A stretch of 64,000 bases of DNA from an uncultured bacterium (GCA_963834265.1 CAWIAU010000001.1:588346-652345); one strand, 5' to 3'. Counted from the stretch's first letter, positions 20,352 to 30,450 are shown. Made by a program: numbers and translations. The notes: a model not told the origin generated them from the letters alone.

Positions 20352-21311
20352 ATGGGAGACACAATCACACGCACAGATTTTACATTTCCCGGGCAAACAG
20401 CGGCGTATCATGGTAAAGTCCGCGACGTCTACACTATTGGTAACGACCAGGTTGTTATAGTTGCGAGTGATCGGATTTCGGCTTTTGATGTGATTTTGTC
20501 CCGGGGTATACCGCATAAGGGTCAGATGCTTAATCAGCTCTCAGCATACTTTCTGGATGCCACCAAAGATATTGTTCCGAACTGGCTGCAGGCAATGCCG
20601 GACCCCAATGTTAGCGCCGGACTACGGGCTGAACCCGTTATGATCGAGTTGATTATACGTAGCTGTCTGGTCGGCCATGCATGGCGTGAGTATCAGGATG
20701 GCAAACGGGAATTATCAGGTGCTGTTATGCCCGATGGAATGTCAGAGTATGATCTCTTTCCAGAACCACTTATAACACCGACAACCAAGGCCGACGAGGG
20801 TCATGATGAAGATATTACTGAAGCAGAGATTTTTGAACAGGGTCTGGCGACACCAGAGGAATGGCAACAGCTCAAAGACTATATGAAGAAATTATTTGCC
20901 CGCGGTCAGGAAATGGCCCGTGTCCGGGGCCTGGTACTGGCTGATACTAAGTACGAGTTCGGCCGGCTTGACGGCAAGCTTATTCTGATTGATGAAGTGC
21001 ATACTCCTGATTCGTCACGATACTTTTATGCTGATGGATATGATACATATACTGGCGGCGATAAAAGCGTAAAACCCAGGCAGTTATCCAAAGAATTTGT
21101 GCGGGAATGGCTGATGGATCAGGGATTCAGCGGCCGGGATGGACAGACAATGCCTGAACTGACTGACGAGTTCGTACAAAGTGTATCCGACCGATATATG
21201 GAGCTCTACGAAGAAATGACAGGTCAGAAATTTGTCAAAGCACCAACGGATAACATCCTGAAGCGTATTGAAAATAGCGTTAACGAATACCTAAAAAAGA
21301 GTACTGCGTGA
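20352..21311 (+). CDS. purC: Phosphoribosylaminoimidazole-succinocarboxamide (SAICAR) synthase
   Basis: Motifs HGKVRDVY and ASDRISAFD. TACAAT lies 9 nt before the ATG. Confidence 0.95.
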   Translation: MGDTITRTDFTFPGQTAAYHGKVRDVYTIGNDQVVIVASDRISAFDVILSRGIPHKGQMLNQLSAYFLDATKDIVPNWLQAMPDPNVSAGLRAEPVMIELIIRSCLVGHAWREYQDGKRELSGAVMPDGMSEYDLFPEPLITPTTKADEGHDEDITEAEIFEQGLATPEEWQQLKDYMKKLFARGQEMARVRGLVLADTKYEFGRLDGKLILIDEVHTPDSSRYFYADGYDTYTGGDKSVKPRQLSKEFVREWLMDQGFSGRDGQTMPELTDEFVQSVSDRYMELYEEMTGQKFVKAPTDNILKRIENSVNEYLKKSTA

Positions 21312-22699
21312 AGCCCGTTATTCTGCCTGATCCTTCTGGCACACCCAACTACAACAGTATTGATCCGCTGGACGGACGTTATTACGAACAGGAACTTGCC
21401 CGTTACCTGTCAGAACGCAGCCGAATTGCCTATCAGGCATATGTTGAAACCGCCCTGGCACATACTTTGGCAGATGTTAGTATCTGTACTCCGGAAATTG
21501 CAAATCAGATCGAAGATGCTGCCAGCAAAATTACAGTGGAGGAAGTATACGAGCAGGAAAAGACAACAAAACATGACATCAAGGCACTGGTCAACTGTAT
21601 TAAGGCTGGAATCAGTGATGAAGCCAAGCCGTATGTTCACTTCGGCGCCACTTCATATGACATTATTGCTACTGCCAATGCTTTACAGATGCGCGATGTT
21701 ATTAGTAATGTGGTTTTACCCCGCGCGCTGGCTTTGCAGGACACGTTAGTAGCGTTAGCTGAGAAATATGCTGATACACCGCAAGTCGGGCGTACGCATG
21801 GTCAGCATGCGGTACCGATCACATTCGGCTTCGCCATTGCAGAATATGTTGAGCGCCTGGGCTATAGTATCGGGGCTTTAAAATGGCTCAAAGACGAGCT
21901 ACGTGGTAAATTCTCAGGTGCAACCGGCTCCTACAATGCTTTAAGTGTTTTTGTTGATGATCCCATAGCATTCGAAAAAGCTCTGCTTGACAAACTGAAC
22001 CTGCAGCCTGCTCCCTATTCCACGCAAATTATTCCTCCCGAGAATCTGATCCGGATCATTGATGAACTTAAGAATATGTCAGGTATCATGGCAAATATTG
22101 GTCACGACATGCGTAATCTGCAGCGCAGCGAGATAGCTGAAGTTCGCGAACGATTCGAGGAAGGTCAAACCGGATCTTCGACCATGGCGCACAAGCGCAA
22201 TCCCTGGAACTTTGAGAATGTTGTCAGTTTGCACAAGCAGGTGCTGGCCCAGTCTCTTAATGCGTCACAAAATCTGTCCAGCGAACATCAGCGCGATCTG
22301 ACCGATTCGGCCAATTCCCGCTTTTATGTTCTGCCCGTAGCGATTGTCTGCAATATGCTATCCCGCCTGGATCGTATCATGAGCAAGCTCGAAGTTGACG
22401 AAGCCAACATGCAACGCAATCTGATCATGAGCGCCGGAGCAATAGCCGCTGAGCCTTTGTATTTGCTGTTTGAAAAATATGGCCACACTGAAGCCCACGA
22501 AAAGTCAAAAGCACTCGCCCATAAGACACTGGAAGCCGGTATATCTCTTGCAGAAATCATAGCTCACGACGACGAAGCCAAATCGTACTGGGATAAATTT
22601 TCTGACACTGAGAAACAAATCATCCAACAGCCGGAAAAATACTATACCGGCCGTGCCACTCAAAAAACAAAAATGATTATCAGTAGCCGAAAGCAGTAA
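21308..22699 (+). CDS. purB: Adenylosuccinate lyase
   Basis: Fumarate-lyase signature GSSTMAHKRNP. The GTG start overlaps the purC stop (GTGA). Confidence 0.95.
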   Translation: MKPVILPDPSGTPNYNSIDPLDGRYYEQELARYLSERSRIAYQAYVETALAHTLADVSICTPEIANQIEDAASKITVEEVYEQEKTTKHDIKALVNCIKAGISDEAKPYVHFGATSYDIIATANALQMRDVISNVVLPRALALQDTLVALAEKYADTPQVGRTHGQHAVPITFGFAIAEYVERLGYSIGALKWLKDELRGKFSGATGSYNALSVFVDDPIAFEKALLDKLNLQPAPYSTQIIPPENLIRIIDELKNMSGIMANIGHDMRNLQRSEIAEVRERFEEGQTGSSTMAHKRNPWNFENVVSLHKQVLAQSLNASQNLSSEHQRDLTDSANSRFYVLPVAIVCNMLSRLDRIMSKLEVDEANMQRNLIMSAGAIAAEPLYLLFEKYGHTEAHEKSKALAHKTLEAGISLAEIIAHDDEAKSYWDKFSDTEKQIIQQPEKYYTGRATQKTKMIISSRKQ

Positions 22700-22706
22700 T
22701 TCAGGC

Positions 22707-23279
22707 TCAGGAATTGTCTTTGGTATGTAATACCGAGACTAATAGGGCTGCTACAACGAGAAACATTCCTGTGTAGAACCCGATGGTGCCGTAGAGTTGG
22801 ACGTTGTAGCCTTCGTTGAAGAAATCTATAAAGTACTTCACTGCCGACAGAGTATACGCAGCTATACATGCAGCTGCAGTTGCAAATATGGCTGCGCGGC
22901 TGCGGAGGACGGCAGAAACAATAATCGGTATGACAAACAGCAATACTGCTACACTGCTCATTCCCCGCTCCGTATAGACGCTGAATGAGGCCATAGCAAT
23001 ATCGATTGCGATTAATGACAAAACCAGCCAGCGGTGAATGTGTACATTTGATTTGGTGCGCGCCATATACCAGACGAATACCGATACAGCAAAAAGCCCC
23101 GCAGTCATTTGCCATCGTTGTAGCACAAGTTCCGGTGTAATTAGCTTCGAACCGTGAAACGCTATAATCTGCACGGCCAGTAAAGTTGCGTAAGCAAAAT
23201 GAATCCACGACAAACGTATTAAATCAGTACGGAGCTTACCTGTTGTTGCGCTGGTTTTTGCTTTCATCGTTAAAATCAT
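22707..23279 (-). CDS. Polytopic membrane protein, unknown function
   Basis: 190 aa with about five hydrophobic helices. I prefer it over the overlapping Cys-rich alternative frame at 22660-23208. Confidence 0.6.
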   Translation of the reverse strand: MILTMKAKTSATTGKLRTDLIRLSWIHFAYATLLAVQIIAFHGSKLITPELVLQRWQMTAGLFAVSVFVWYMARTKSNVHIHRWLVLSLIAIDIAMASFSVYTERGMSSVAVLLFVIPIIVSAVLRSRAAIFATAAACIAAYTLSAVKYFIDFFNEGYNVQLYGTIGFYTGMFLVVAALLVSVLHTKDNS

Positions 23280-23307
23280 TCAACCATAATCATTTCGCTT
23301 ATGTCAA

Positions 23308-24102
23308 TCACCTTTCAAGTAGCTTAAGGATGAATCGGGCAGAACGAGACGATATAGAATGAGAATCATTAACCATATGAATTGTGATATTGGAATTATT
23401 TTTCAGAATCTGACGGATCTCGCTGCGACTTATAATCAAATCCAGCCTGCCATAGACTATATCAACCGGTTTTTTCAAATGCAGAAGCTCAGAATATGCT
23501 GTCTGCTCCATGATTGTGTTACGTAAGCTTCGCTCAAATGGCAGCCATGTTTCTGCGTTCAGATTATGGCCGGGCAGCCGGGCGGCAATTCGGCCGAGCG
23601 ACCGGGTGTAACGTATGACAGCTTTCGGATTACCGGCAATCCGACCGTATAGAGCAAAATAGCGTTTTCTGTTACGCGAGTGCTTACGAAACTCCGGCAG
23701 ATCAGCAAATAACGGCGGCTCATAAAGGATAATTTTTTCTATAAGCTTCGGATATTTTTCCGCCAGATGTATTGCAACCAGACATCCCATAGAATGCCCT
23801 ACAAGTATCACAGGGTGATTGAGTTTGATAGATTTAATTGTTGTTGCGACGGCTCTGGCATGATGATCGATATTATAATCAAGCCAACCGGGCTTAGGAG
23901 ACTCACCGAACCCCAGCAAGTCAAAAGCAATAATGCGCCATTTATCATAGTCAGCCTGCCTGGCAAGATGCTTCCATGCGTTACTATTGCTAGCCAGACC
24001 ATGCAGTAAAACGACAGGTCTTCCCCTGCCCGTGTCATAACGAAGCATAAGTTTGTAAGGCCGTCTCAGCAAACGATGTCGTATAAAGTCTTTAGTTGGC
24101 AT
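23308..24102 (-). CDS. Alpha/beta hydrolase
   Basis: VVLLHGLASNS and the nucleophile elbow VGHSMG. Confidence 0.8.
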   Translation of the reverse strand: MPTKDFIRHRLLRRPYKLMLRYDTGRGRPVVLLHGLASNSNAWKHLARQADYDKWRIIAFDLLGFGESPKPGWLDYNIDHHARAVATTIKSIKLNHPVILVGHSMGCLVAIHLAEKYPKLIEKIILYEPPLFADLPEFRKHSRNRKRYFALYGRIAGNPKAVIRYTRSLGRIAARLPGHNLNAETWLPFERSLRNTIMEQTAYSELLHLKKPVDIVYGRLDLIISRSEIRQILKNNSNITIHMVNDSHSISSRSARFILKLLER

Positions 24103-24184
24103 TCTAACAGTATACGATCAAGTTGGTTGATCTCAGAAGATACAATATAATAAACTAATATATATGACGAAATTATTCTGATCT

Positions 24185-25351
24185 ATGAGTTTAACACAAG
24201 AGCTTTGGCATATCGGGGTCAATGTACCCACACATAATAACTTCGATCCCTTAGATCGTGCTAATCAGCGTGCTATGAATGCGGATTTTGCGGCATATTC
24301 GATAGATTCGATAACAAGACGCGTTTTACACGGTGCAATGAAAGCTATATTCAAACCGGAAATATCCGGTGGTAGATATAGCTCGTACATAGATGGTTTT
24401 ACTGGTGAAGAAATAGAGTCAGACAATGAGGATATATTTGCAGATGTAGAAAAATGGCTTGCTGACGGTAATTCGCTGATAGTTGTAGGTAATCATCTGT
24501 GGCTTTGGGATCATATCAATGATGCGGCAGGCCTCAGCACGGTTCCGGAGCTTTCAGAAATACCGGAGAGAGGTCGTATACTTGCAAAAGATGAATACTT
24601 TGATATCAATGCTCAAAAAGACAAGTTTGGTAATGATAAACCCCCTACATCTATACAGAAAATTCTTAATTATGGCTATCGTGTTCTCAATGCGATTCCG
24701 ATCACCCGTCCCAAAGATTTAGAACGAAAAATTCAAATAGAACTGCCTGATGATTTTGGAAATATGAGTGAGAGTGAAAAAAACAAAAAACCGGCATCAG
24801 GAGAAAAAGAACGCAGAAATAAAATTATAGACGGAACACTTATTTGTAACGATGAAACCATGAAAGGGTGTATAAACATCCTGAGAAATGAAGATGACAG
24901 CAAAGGTGGAATTCTGGAAGTATACATGGAGGGAGAACGAATGCGGGGTGACTGGGCTGCTATTGGTAATCTAACCGATCTTGTTCCGCGACTTCTCCAG
25001 CGGATAGAATTAGAGAATAAAGAGCACCTGGATGATCTTAATTTCACGCCTCTCAATGTCGCTGTGTTGGTCATGGCCAGGTCATACGGAACTACCAAAG
25101 AAAAGCACAGCACAGAAATAAATGCCCGCAGATCCCATATCCATCTCGGCGCATTTCTTAGAGGATCATTTGCTCACAAAGGAAAAACAAAGAAAAGGAT
25201 TGGCAGAGAGTTACAAAACAGTTTGAATACAGCCCATTGCTATAGTCTCGGTCACGAACCTATTCCTATTGATCCTGATCTGACTCCTTATCAGTCACAA
25301 TATCCTCTGCGGTTTGATCGAAAGACGAATATGATCGTGCGAGAGATGTAA
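24185..25351 (+). CDS. PlsC-like acyltransferase family protein (tentative)
   Basis: HX4D block GNHLWLWDH, block-II-like NAIPITR and block-III-like YMEGERMRG. A Lys/Glu-rich insertion lies between the blocks. Confidence 0.5.
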   Translation: MSLTQELWHIGVNVPTHNNFDPLDRANQRAMNADFAAYSIDSITRRVLHGAMKAIFKPEISGGRYSSYIDGFTGEEIESDNEDIFADVEKWLADGNSLIVVGNHLWLWDHINDAAGLSTVPELSEIPERGRILAKDEYFDINAQKDKFGNDKPPTSIQKILNYGYRVLNAIPITRPKDLERKIQIELPDDFGNMSESEKNKKPASGEKERRNKIIDGTLICNDETMKGCINILRNEDDSKGGILEVYMEGERMRGDWAAIGNLTDLVPRLLQRIELENKEHLDDLNFTPLNVAVLVMARSYGTTKEKHSTEINARRSHIHLGAFLRGSFAHKGKTKKRIGRELQNSLNTAHCYSLGHEPIPIDPDLTPYQSQYPLRFDRKTNMIVREM

Positions 25352-25609
25352 GGGCAGGCATCAGCAGAGTATCCAGCGTGTATAAAGACGGAGCTGTAAA
25401 CAGTAAAGTAATAAATACCCTCGCAATAAGTCCCATGTATCTAAGATGATACCAAACGGATCTGACGAGTAAAATTGCTTATGCAGATTATTTTCTTGGG
25501 TTAGAAAAGCCAATCAGAGCGACAATTGTTGTTGCTATAACGTTGGCAATCAACATAGATTACTATAAAAAAGCAGGTACTGATGCGTGAATAATCTATG
25601 CCTGTAATT

Positions 25610-26158
25610 CTAGGCAGCTTTTGATATAGCCAGGCCAATACGTTCCCCTCCTTCAGTGGCTCTTCCCTCGTGCTCAAGAAGTCTTTGGGTATTGTGATAA
25701 ATCACTCGCCCTGGCCGTAAATCATATACGCATCCATCTTCAAAAAACTCAAACTCTGATCGATTTTTAAGATTGGTGACTGCGACCGCTCCGGCGGGGT
25801 CATCACGGTGTTTTTGCCCCTGTGTACCTGCGTCCATTCGGATGAAAATAAGTTCGCTAACATCATCATCGGTCAATTCCTCGCCAATCAGTGTGGCTCC
25901 TTGCTGAATTCCCCGGACAACCGCAAATAATGCACTTCCTTGCCGGGCAACTGCCGGTAAACTTACAAGGGCTATCTCCTCAGTTCTACGCCTATTACGA
26001 TCTTCCCACTGTCCGGGATCTATGGCTGCCTCTACAAGTGCTAATTCAGCTATTTCAGGAGTCCATAAATCATACATTCCCACACGACCAAAGCGCTCGT
26101 AACTACTTCTGGCTACATCAGGACAAGTAGAGCTAATAAATTCACCTATTTTTGACAT
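25610..26158 (-). CDS. Hypothetical protein (182 aa)
   Basis: An ORF with no recognisable family. It has a possible H-x-D...H pattern (QKHRDD ... LLEHEG), which is only suggestive of a cupin or dioxygenase. Confidence 0.5.
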   Translation of the reverse strand: MSKIGEFISSTCPDVARSSYERFGRVGMYDLWTPEIAELALVEAAIDPGQWEDRNRRRTEEIALVSLPAVARQGSALFAVVRGIQQGATLIGEELTDDDVSELIFIRMDAGTQGQKHRDDPAGAVAVTNLKNRSEFEFFEDGCVYDLRPGRVIYHNTQRLLEHEGRATEGGERIGLAISKAA

Positions 26159-26265
26159 AATACCTATTATATATAATAATTATAATATTATCAAATAAGA
26201 CAGAAGTGTATTACCTTACGAAAAACAGTTTTTAGACCTTTGAAAATAATAAAGTCAGTAAGGTA

Positions 26266-27158
26266 TTATTTTTTGGTGTTTGCGCAAACAAAATAAGCCT
26301 GGCAAACTCTATCGGTAAAATAACCTTCGTGCTCATCGGTAATCGTCATGGACACTTCCTGATCGAAGATTGCTTTTATTTCCGTTTCTATAATTTCTTT
26401 GACAGTCGCCGGATTCGCGAGCTTACCCGTCGACCTATCAAACATACTATCTTTGAGGCTATCCAGTGCATTGCTGTAATCAGGCCATCCATCAGTAGTA
26501 ATATGAAGCGGCGAATCCTGAAACACAGGGCCATCGAGTATTTCAAACCGTTGCCCTAAGAGTCTTTGAGTTTTTTCAATGTCGCAATGGAAATAGTAGG
26601 AAGGTGGCATTTTTGCATCAAGCTTGTCAGCTACAATTCTTGCTAAATCCCACATTTTTGCCAGGTTTTTTGGGCTACGGGTAGCGATTAATAATCGACC
26701 CCCCCTTTGAGTACTCGCTTCATTTCATCAAGTGCCTTTTCGGGGTCAGCTATGTGGTAAAGAATATATAAGGCCACAACAACATCAGCGGAGTTTGTTG
26801 GGAATGCCAGGCTGCGGGCATCCATTTTTACGAATTTTACATTCTCTACGCCCTTTTCTTCTAAAGTATTTTGAGTTTCAGTGTATATTTCGGTGTCGTT
26901 CACGCCAATGATTTTACCGAAATGACTGGATTTTACTATTTCCAGAATCTCTTTACCGGCACCGCAACCTATATCAATAACTGTTTCATGACCTCCCAGT
27001 TTCATCGCCTGAATAATTTTCTCATAGAGGTTGCAGCGTGGGGATGAGAATTTTGTGTATAGGGTTTTGCGAACCTCTATGTTGCGTGGCGAGTGGCGGT
27101 ATTGCAGCCTCGAAAGATTATCTATATGGAAAAGATGCTCATCTGTTTTTGTTGTCAT
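26266..27158 (-). pseudogene. Class I SAM-dependent methyltransferase split by a frameshift in a G7/C7 homopolymer
   Basis: The N-terminal fragment (26688-27158) carries motif I VIDIGCGAGK and ends KGGVDY*. The C-terminal fragment is 26266-26655. Reading one extra G in the C-run at 26699-26705 gives a continuous ...LKGGGRLLIATRSPKNLAKMWDL... sequence. Confidence 0.7.
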
Positions 27159-27286
27159 AGTAAAATGTCGTTCTAAGATGCAATGTTATTTTATGTCGTT
27201 GCAGGAACTTATTTGCTCGTATCGCCGCTCAGGAAACCTGTTTCGCATTTGAATATACGCTACTTGTCTTTGTTTATCAATAAGAT

Positions 27287-27946
27287 CTATGTGGGAATGA
27301 AAGCTTTAGCTATGTCAACGACATCTTTGATAGTATCAGCGTATATATCTGCCCCCTCTTGCTCGTAGCCTTTTCGCAGATTCTGTTTCAGGCCGATAAC
27401 TGTGGCTCGAGAGGCTTTCGCGGAGGCAATACCTATATTCGTATCTTCCAGTATGATAGTACTCTCGGGAGTGGCGTTCAGAGCCTGAATAACCTCATTG
27501 TAGCCATCGGGAGCGGGCTTATGCGCCAGATCAGGACGATCATGCAAAGAAAGTATGATTTGAATATTATTCTTGAAAGGCAAACGCTCTACAACTTCAT
27601 TTACCCACTCTTTCGGAGAAGCCGAAACTATCGCCATATGGTAATTAAGTTTATGCAGCACGCGGCCAAGTTCATCTAAACCTGTAGAGAGCGGTGCTTG
27701 CTTATAAATCTGGTCTGCCTTGTTCTTAACCTCCATCATGAAGTTAGCTTTATTCGCTTTTGACCCAAGTTTCATGGCTGTTTCAAAGATAAGATCTATA
27801 TTTTTTCCGGTAGTTACTCCAATATTTCTTGCAATTTTCTCGCCAAAAATTCTGGAGTAGTTGAGCTGATTCCACTCATACCAAAGATTTTCGCTGTCAA
27901 TTAATACACCGTCCAGATCAAAAATAAAGGCTTTATTAGCAGGCAT
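27287..27946 (-). CDS. HAD-superfamily hydrolase (subfamily IA, beta-phosphoglucomutase-like)
   Basis: Motif I FIFDLDGVLIDSE, with a later LEDTNIGI block. Confidence 0.85.
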   Translation of the reverse strand: MPANKAFIFDLDGVLIDSENLWYEWNQLNYSRIFGEKIARNIGVTTGKNIDLIFETAMKLGSKANKANFMMEVKNKADQIYKQAPLSTGLDELGRVLHKLNYHMAIVSASPKEWVNEVVERLPFKNNIQIILSLHDRPDLAHKPAPDGYNEVIQALNATPESTIILEDTNIGIASAKASRATVIGLKQNLRKGYEQEGADIYADTIKDVVDIAKAFIPT

Positions 27947-27947
27947 A

Positions 27948-29249
27948 TTAATAACGGTAGTGGTCTGGCTTGTAAGGGCCGGCTACCGGAACATCCATAT
28001 ATTCTGCCTGTTCGGGGCTGAGCTTCGTCATATGACCATTAAGCGCTTCAACGTGTACTAATGCCACTTTTTCATCCAGCTCCTTTGGCAGACGATATAC
28101 GCCAACTTCGTATGGTTTGGTGAATAGCTCGATTTGAGCCAGAACCTGATTGGAGAAAGAGTTAGACATGACAAATGACGGGTGACCGGTAGCATTACCG
28201 AGGTTAACGAGGCGGCCTTCGGACAGGACAATCAGCCGGCGGGACGAGCCAGGCATTGTATACAGGTCGACCTGAGGCTTAATCTCTTCTTTTTTAATAC
28301 CGGTGAGTTCATTCAGTTGTTTAATTTGTATCTCATGGTCAAAGTGTCCGATGTTACAAACAATAGCGGTATCTTTCATTTGCTGCATATGTTCCAGCCT
28401 CACAATGTCTTTGCATCCTGTAGTAGTAACAAAAATATCCGCGTAGGATGCAGCTTCTTCCATTGTAACCACCTCGTAGCCTTCCATGAGGGCCTGCAAG
28501 GCACATATAGGGTCAATCTCGGTAATCAGCACTCTGCAGCCAAATGACCGCAGTGACTGGGCACTTCCCTTGCCGACATCACCATATCCGGCTACAACGG
28601 CTACTTTGCCGGCCAGCATTACATCTGTTGCCCGCTTGATGCCATCTACCAGTGACTCGCGACAGCCATACAGGTTGTCGAACTTGGACTTCGTTACAGA
28701 ATCGTTGACATTTATAGCCGGAATTTTGAGTTTGTTCTCTTTGACATATTGATTAAGCTGTTTGACACCTGTGGTGGTCTCTTCGCTGACGCCTTTGACT
28801 TCTGTCAGCAAATCAGGATGTTTATCATGTACCAAAGCTGTCAGGTCGCCGCCATCATCCAGCAACATATTCGGGCCTTTTCCATCCGCAAATACCAGTG
28901 TCTGCTCAATGCACCACCAGTACTCTTCCTCGCTCATGCTTTTCCAGGCAAAAACAGGCGTACCGGCTTCTGCGATCGCAGCTGCAGCGTGATCCTGCGT
29001 CGAAAATATATTACATGAGGACCAGCGGACTTCAGCGCCCAGAGCCTGCAATGTTTCGATAAGGACAGCGGTTTGAATGGTCATATGGATACAGCCCGCA
29101 ATCCTGGCGCCATTGAGTGGCTGAGACTGCTTGAATTCTTCCCGCAGGGCCATAAGTCCTGGCATTTCCTTCTCTGCCAGTGTGATTTCGGTTCGTCCCC
29201 AGTTTGCCAGTTCAATATCTTTGACCTTATAATCTGGTTGATCTGACAT
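27948..29249 (-). CDS. ahcY: Adenosylhomocysteinase
   Basis: Full-length SAH hydrolase with the NAD site [12 protein letters not shown] and a C-terminal PYKPDHYRY tail. Confidence 0.95.
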   Translation of the reverse strand: MSDQPDYKVKDIELANWGRTEITLAEKEMPGLMALREEFKQSQPLNGARIAGCIHMTIQTAVLIETLQALGAEVRWSSCNIFSTQDHAAAAIAEAGTPVFAWKSMSEEEYWWCIEQTLVFADGKGPNMLLDDGGDLTALVHDKHPDLLTEVKGVSEETTTGVKQLNQYVKENKLKIPAINVNDSVTKSKFDNLYGCRESLVDGIKRATDVMLAGKVAVVAGYGDVGKGSAQSLRSFGCRVLITEIDPICALQALMEGYEVVTMEEAASYADIFVTTTGCKDIVRLEHMQQMKDTAIVCNIGHFDHEIQIKQLNELTGIKKEEIKPQVDLYTMPGSSRRLIVLSEGRLVNLGNATGHPSFVMSNSFSNQVLAQIELFTKPYEVGVYRLPKELDEKVALVHVEALNGHMTKLSPEQAEYMDVPVAGPYKPDHYRY

Positions 29250-30212
29250 TTATAGTTCCACGCTTTCGTTAAAGTTTCCTTTGTACCTGTCTTCTATTTG
29301 CCGGATATTTAATGGTTGTTGTGTGCCATGCCGTTCGATCACAAATGACGCAAGCACAGCTCCCAACTGCCCACATGTTTGCAGATTCCATTGTCTCAAA
29401 TATCCGTATAAGAATCCAGCCCGGAAAGCATCCCCTGCCCCGGTCGGATCGACTACCTGAGTTGGCTGAGCGATACCAATAGTGATAGGTACGGTCACAT
29501 CTCTGCCCTCGATTACGGATCCCTTGCTGCCAAAGGTAGTAATAACTATCGGAACATTCGATTTAATATTTTCGGGACTTAATCCGGTTTTTTCGGATAA
29601 AACGCCTAGCTCGTAATCATTAACAGTCAGGATCTCAGCCGCGTTAACTCCGATGGCCAGATCATCACCGGATACATTGCTGACCTGCTGACCCGGATCG
29701 TATAGCATACGGATTTTCAGATCTTTGCACTGCTCCGATTGCGAACGCATAGCAACCGGATCATGGGCTGATATACACGCCAGCACATCTTGTCCTGCCC
29801 ACTTATCCAGACCAAGTGAAGATGAATCACTCATTGCTCCCGGATAGAACCCGCCTACCTGGTTGCCATCCATATCTGTCATCACATTGAATGAGGCGGT
29901 TGCCAGCTCGCTATAATGAACAAACTCCGTATCTACACCTATTTCGGTCAGCTCAGAGATGTAGAGTTCGGCATCTCTGCCGACTGCACCGAGTAGTATC
30001 GGATGTTCACCCAGCCGGGCCAGATTGTGAGCAATATTAGCAGCCACACCACCTCTTGTCTGCTCGAGCTTATCCAGTAATACGCTTAGCGATAGTACGT
30101 GCAGTTTATCTGCCTGAATCAGATCTTTGTACCGGCCATCAAAATTCATAATACGATCAATAGCAATTGATCCGGACAGTATGAGTTGAGTCTGGTCAGA
30201 AGAGTTATTCAT
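29250..30212 (-). CDS. PfkB-family carbohydrate/nucleoside kinase (adenosine kinase plausible from context)
   Basis: The DPTGAGDAFRAGF signature. The gene is directly abutted to ahcY. Confidence 0.85.
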   Translation of the reverse strand: MNNSSDQTQLILSGSIAIDRIMNFDGRYKDLIQADKLHVLSLSVLLDKLEQTRGGVAANIAHNLARLGEHPILLGAVGRDAELYISELTEIGVDTEFVHYSELATASFNVMTDMDGNQVGGFYPGAMSDSSSLGLDKWAGQDVLACISAHDPVAMRSQSEQCKDLKIRMLYDPGQQVSNVSGDDLAIGVNAAEILTVNDYELGVLSEKTGLSPENIKSNVPIVITTFGSKGSVIEGRDVTVPITIGIAQPTQVVDPTGAGDAFRAGFLYGYLRQWNLQTCGQLGAVLASFVIERHGTQQPLNIRQIEDRYKGNFNESVEL

Positions 30213-30248
30213 TGACTAATCATAACATGTATGCGGGGCTCTATTCGT

Positions 30249-30277
30249 TTGAGTATGTTGCTTTAAAGATATATACT
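30249..30277 (+). promoter_or_regulatory. Promoter of the rib operon (TTGAGT-17-TATACT)
   Basis: -35 at 30249-30254 and -10 at 30272-30277. The predicted start coincides with the riboswitch P1 stem. Confidence 0.5.
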
Positions 30278-30283
30278 ATAAGT

Positions 30284-30398
30284 ACTCTTTCGGGGTTGGG
30301 TGCAAGTCCCAATCGGTGGTTACAGCCCACGAGTTGCCTGGCAACACGATTTGGTGAAATTCCAAAGCCGACCGTATAGTCGGGATGAAAGAAAGAGT
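30284..30398 (+). promoter_or_regulatory. FMN riboswitch (RFN element) aptamer
   Basis: P1 pairs ACUCUUUC (30284-30291) with GAAAGAGU (30391-30398). Conserved RFN blocks are present: GGGGUUGGGUGCAAGUCCCAAUCGGUGGU, GAUUUGGUGAAAUUCCAAAGCCGAC and AGUCGGGAUGAAAGAAAGA. It lies upstream of ribBA. Confidence 0.85.
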
Positions 30399-30426
30399 GC
30401 AGACGCTTTTAATTGTGTATGCATAT

Positions 30427-30450
30427 TCCCCGAATTGAGGGGATTTTTTT
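30427..30450 (+). promoter_or_regulatory. Riboswitch expression-platform hairpin (SD-sequestering or weak terminator)
   Basis: UCCCC-GAAUUGA-GGGGA followed by U7 running into ATG 30451. The GAGGGG arm is the only SD-like sequence for ribBA. Confidence 0.45.

Noticed and set aside
22660-23208. 182-aa Cys-rich ORF overlapping the membrane-protein gene in another frame.
   Set aside because: Its composition (many Cys, Arg and Tyr) looks like an out-of-frame artefact. The 22707-23279 frame gives regular hydrophobic helices.
30427-30450. Reading the FMN riboswitch expression platform as a strong intrinsic terminator.
   Set aside because: The stem is only 5 bp, and the U-run abuts the ribBA start codon. 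SD sequestration is at least as likely, so it is annotated as ambiguous.
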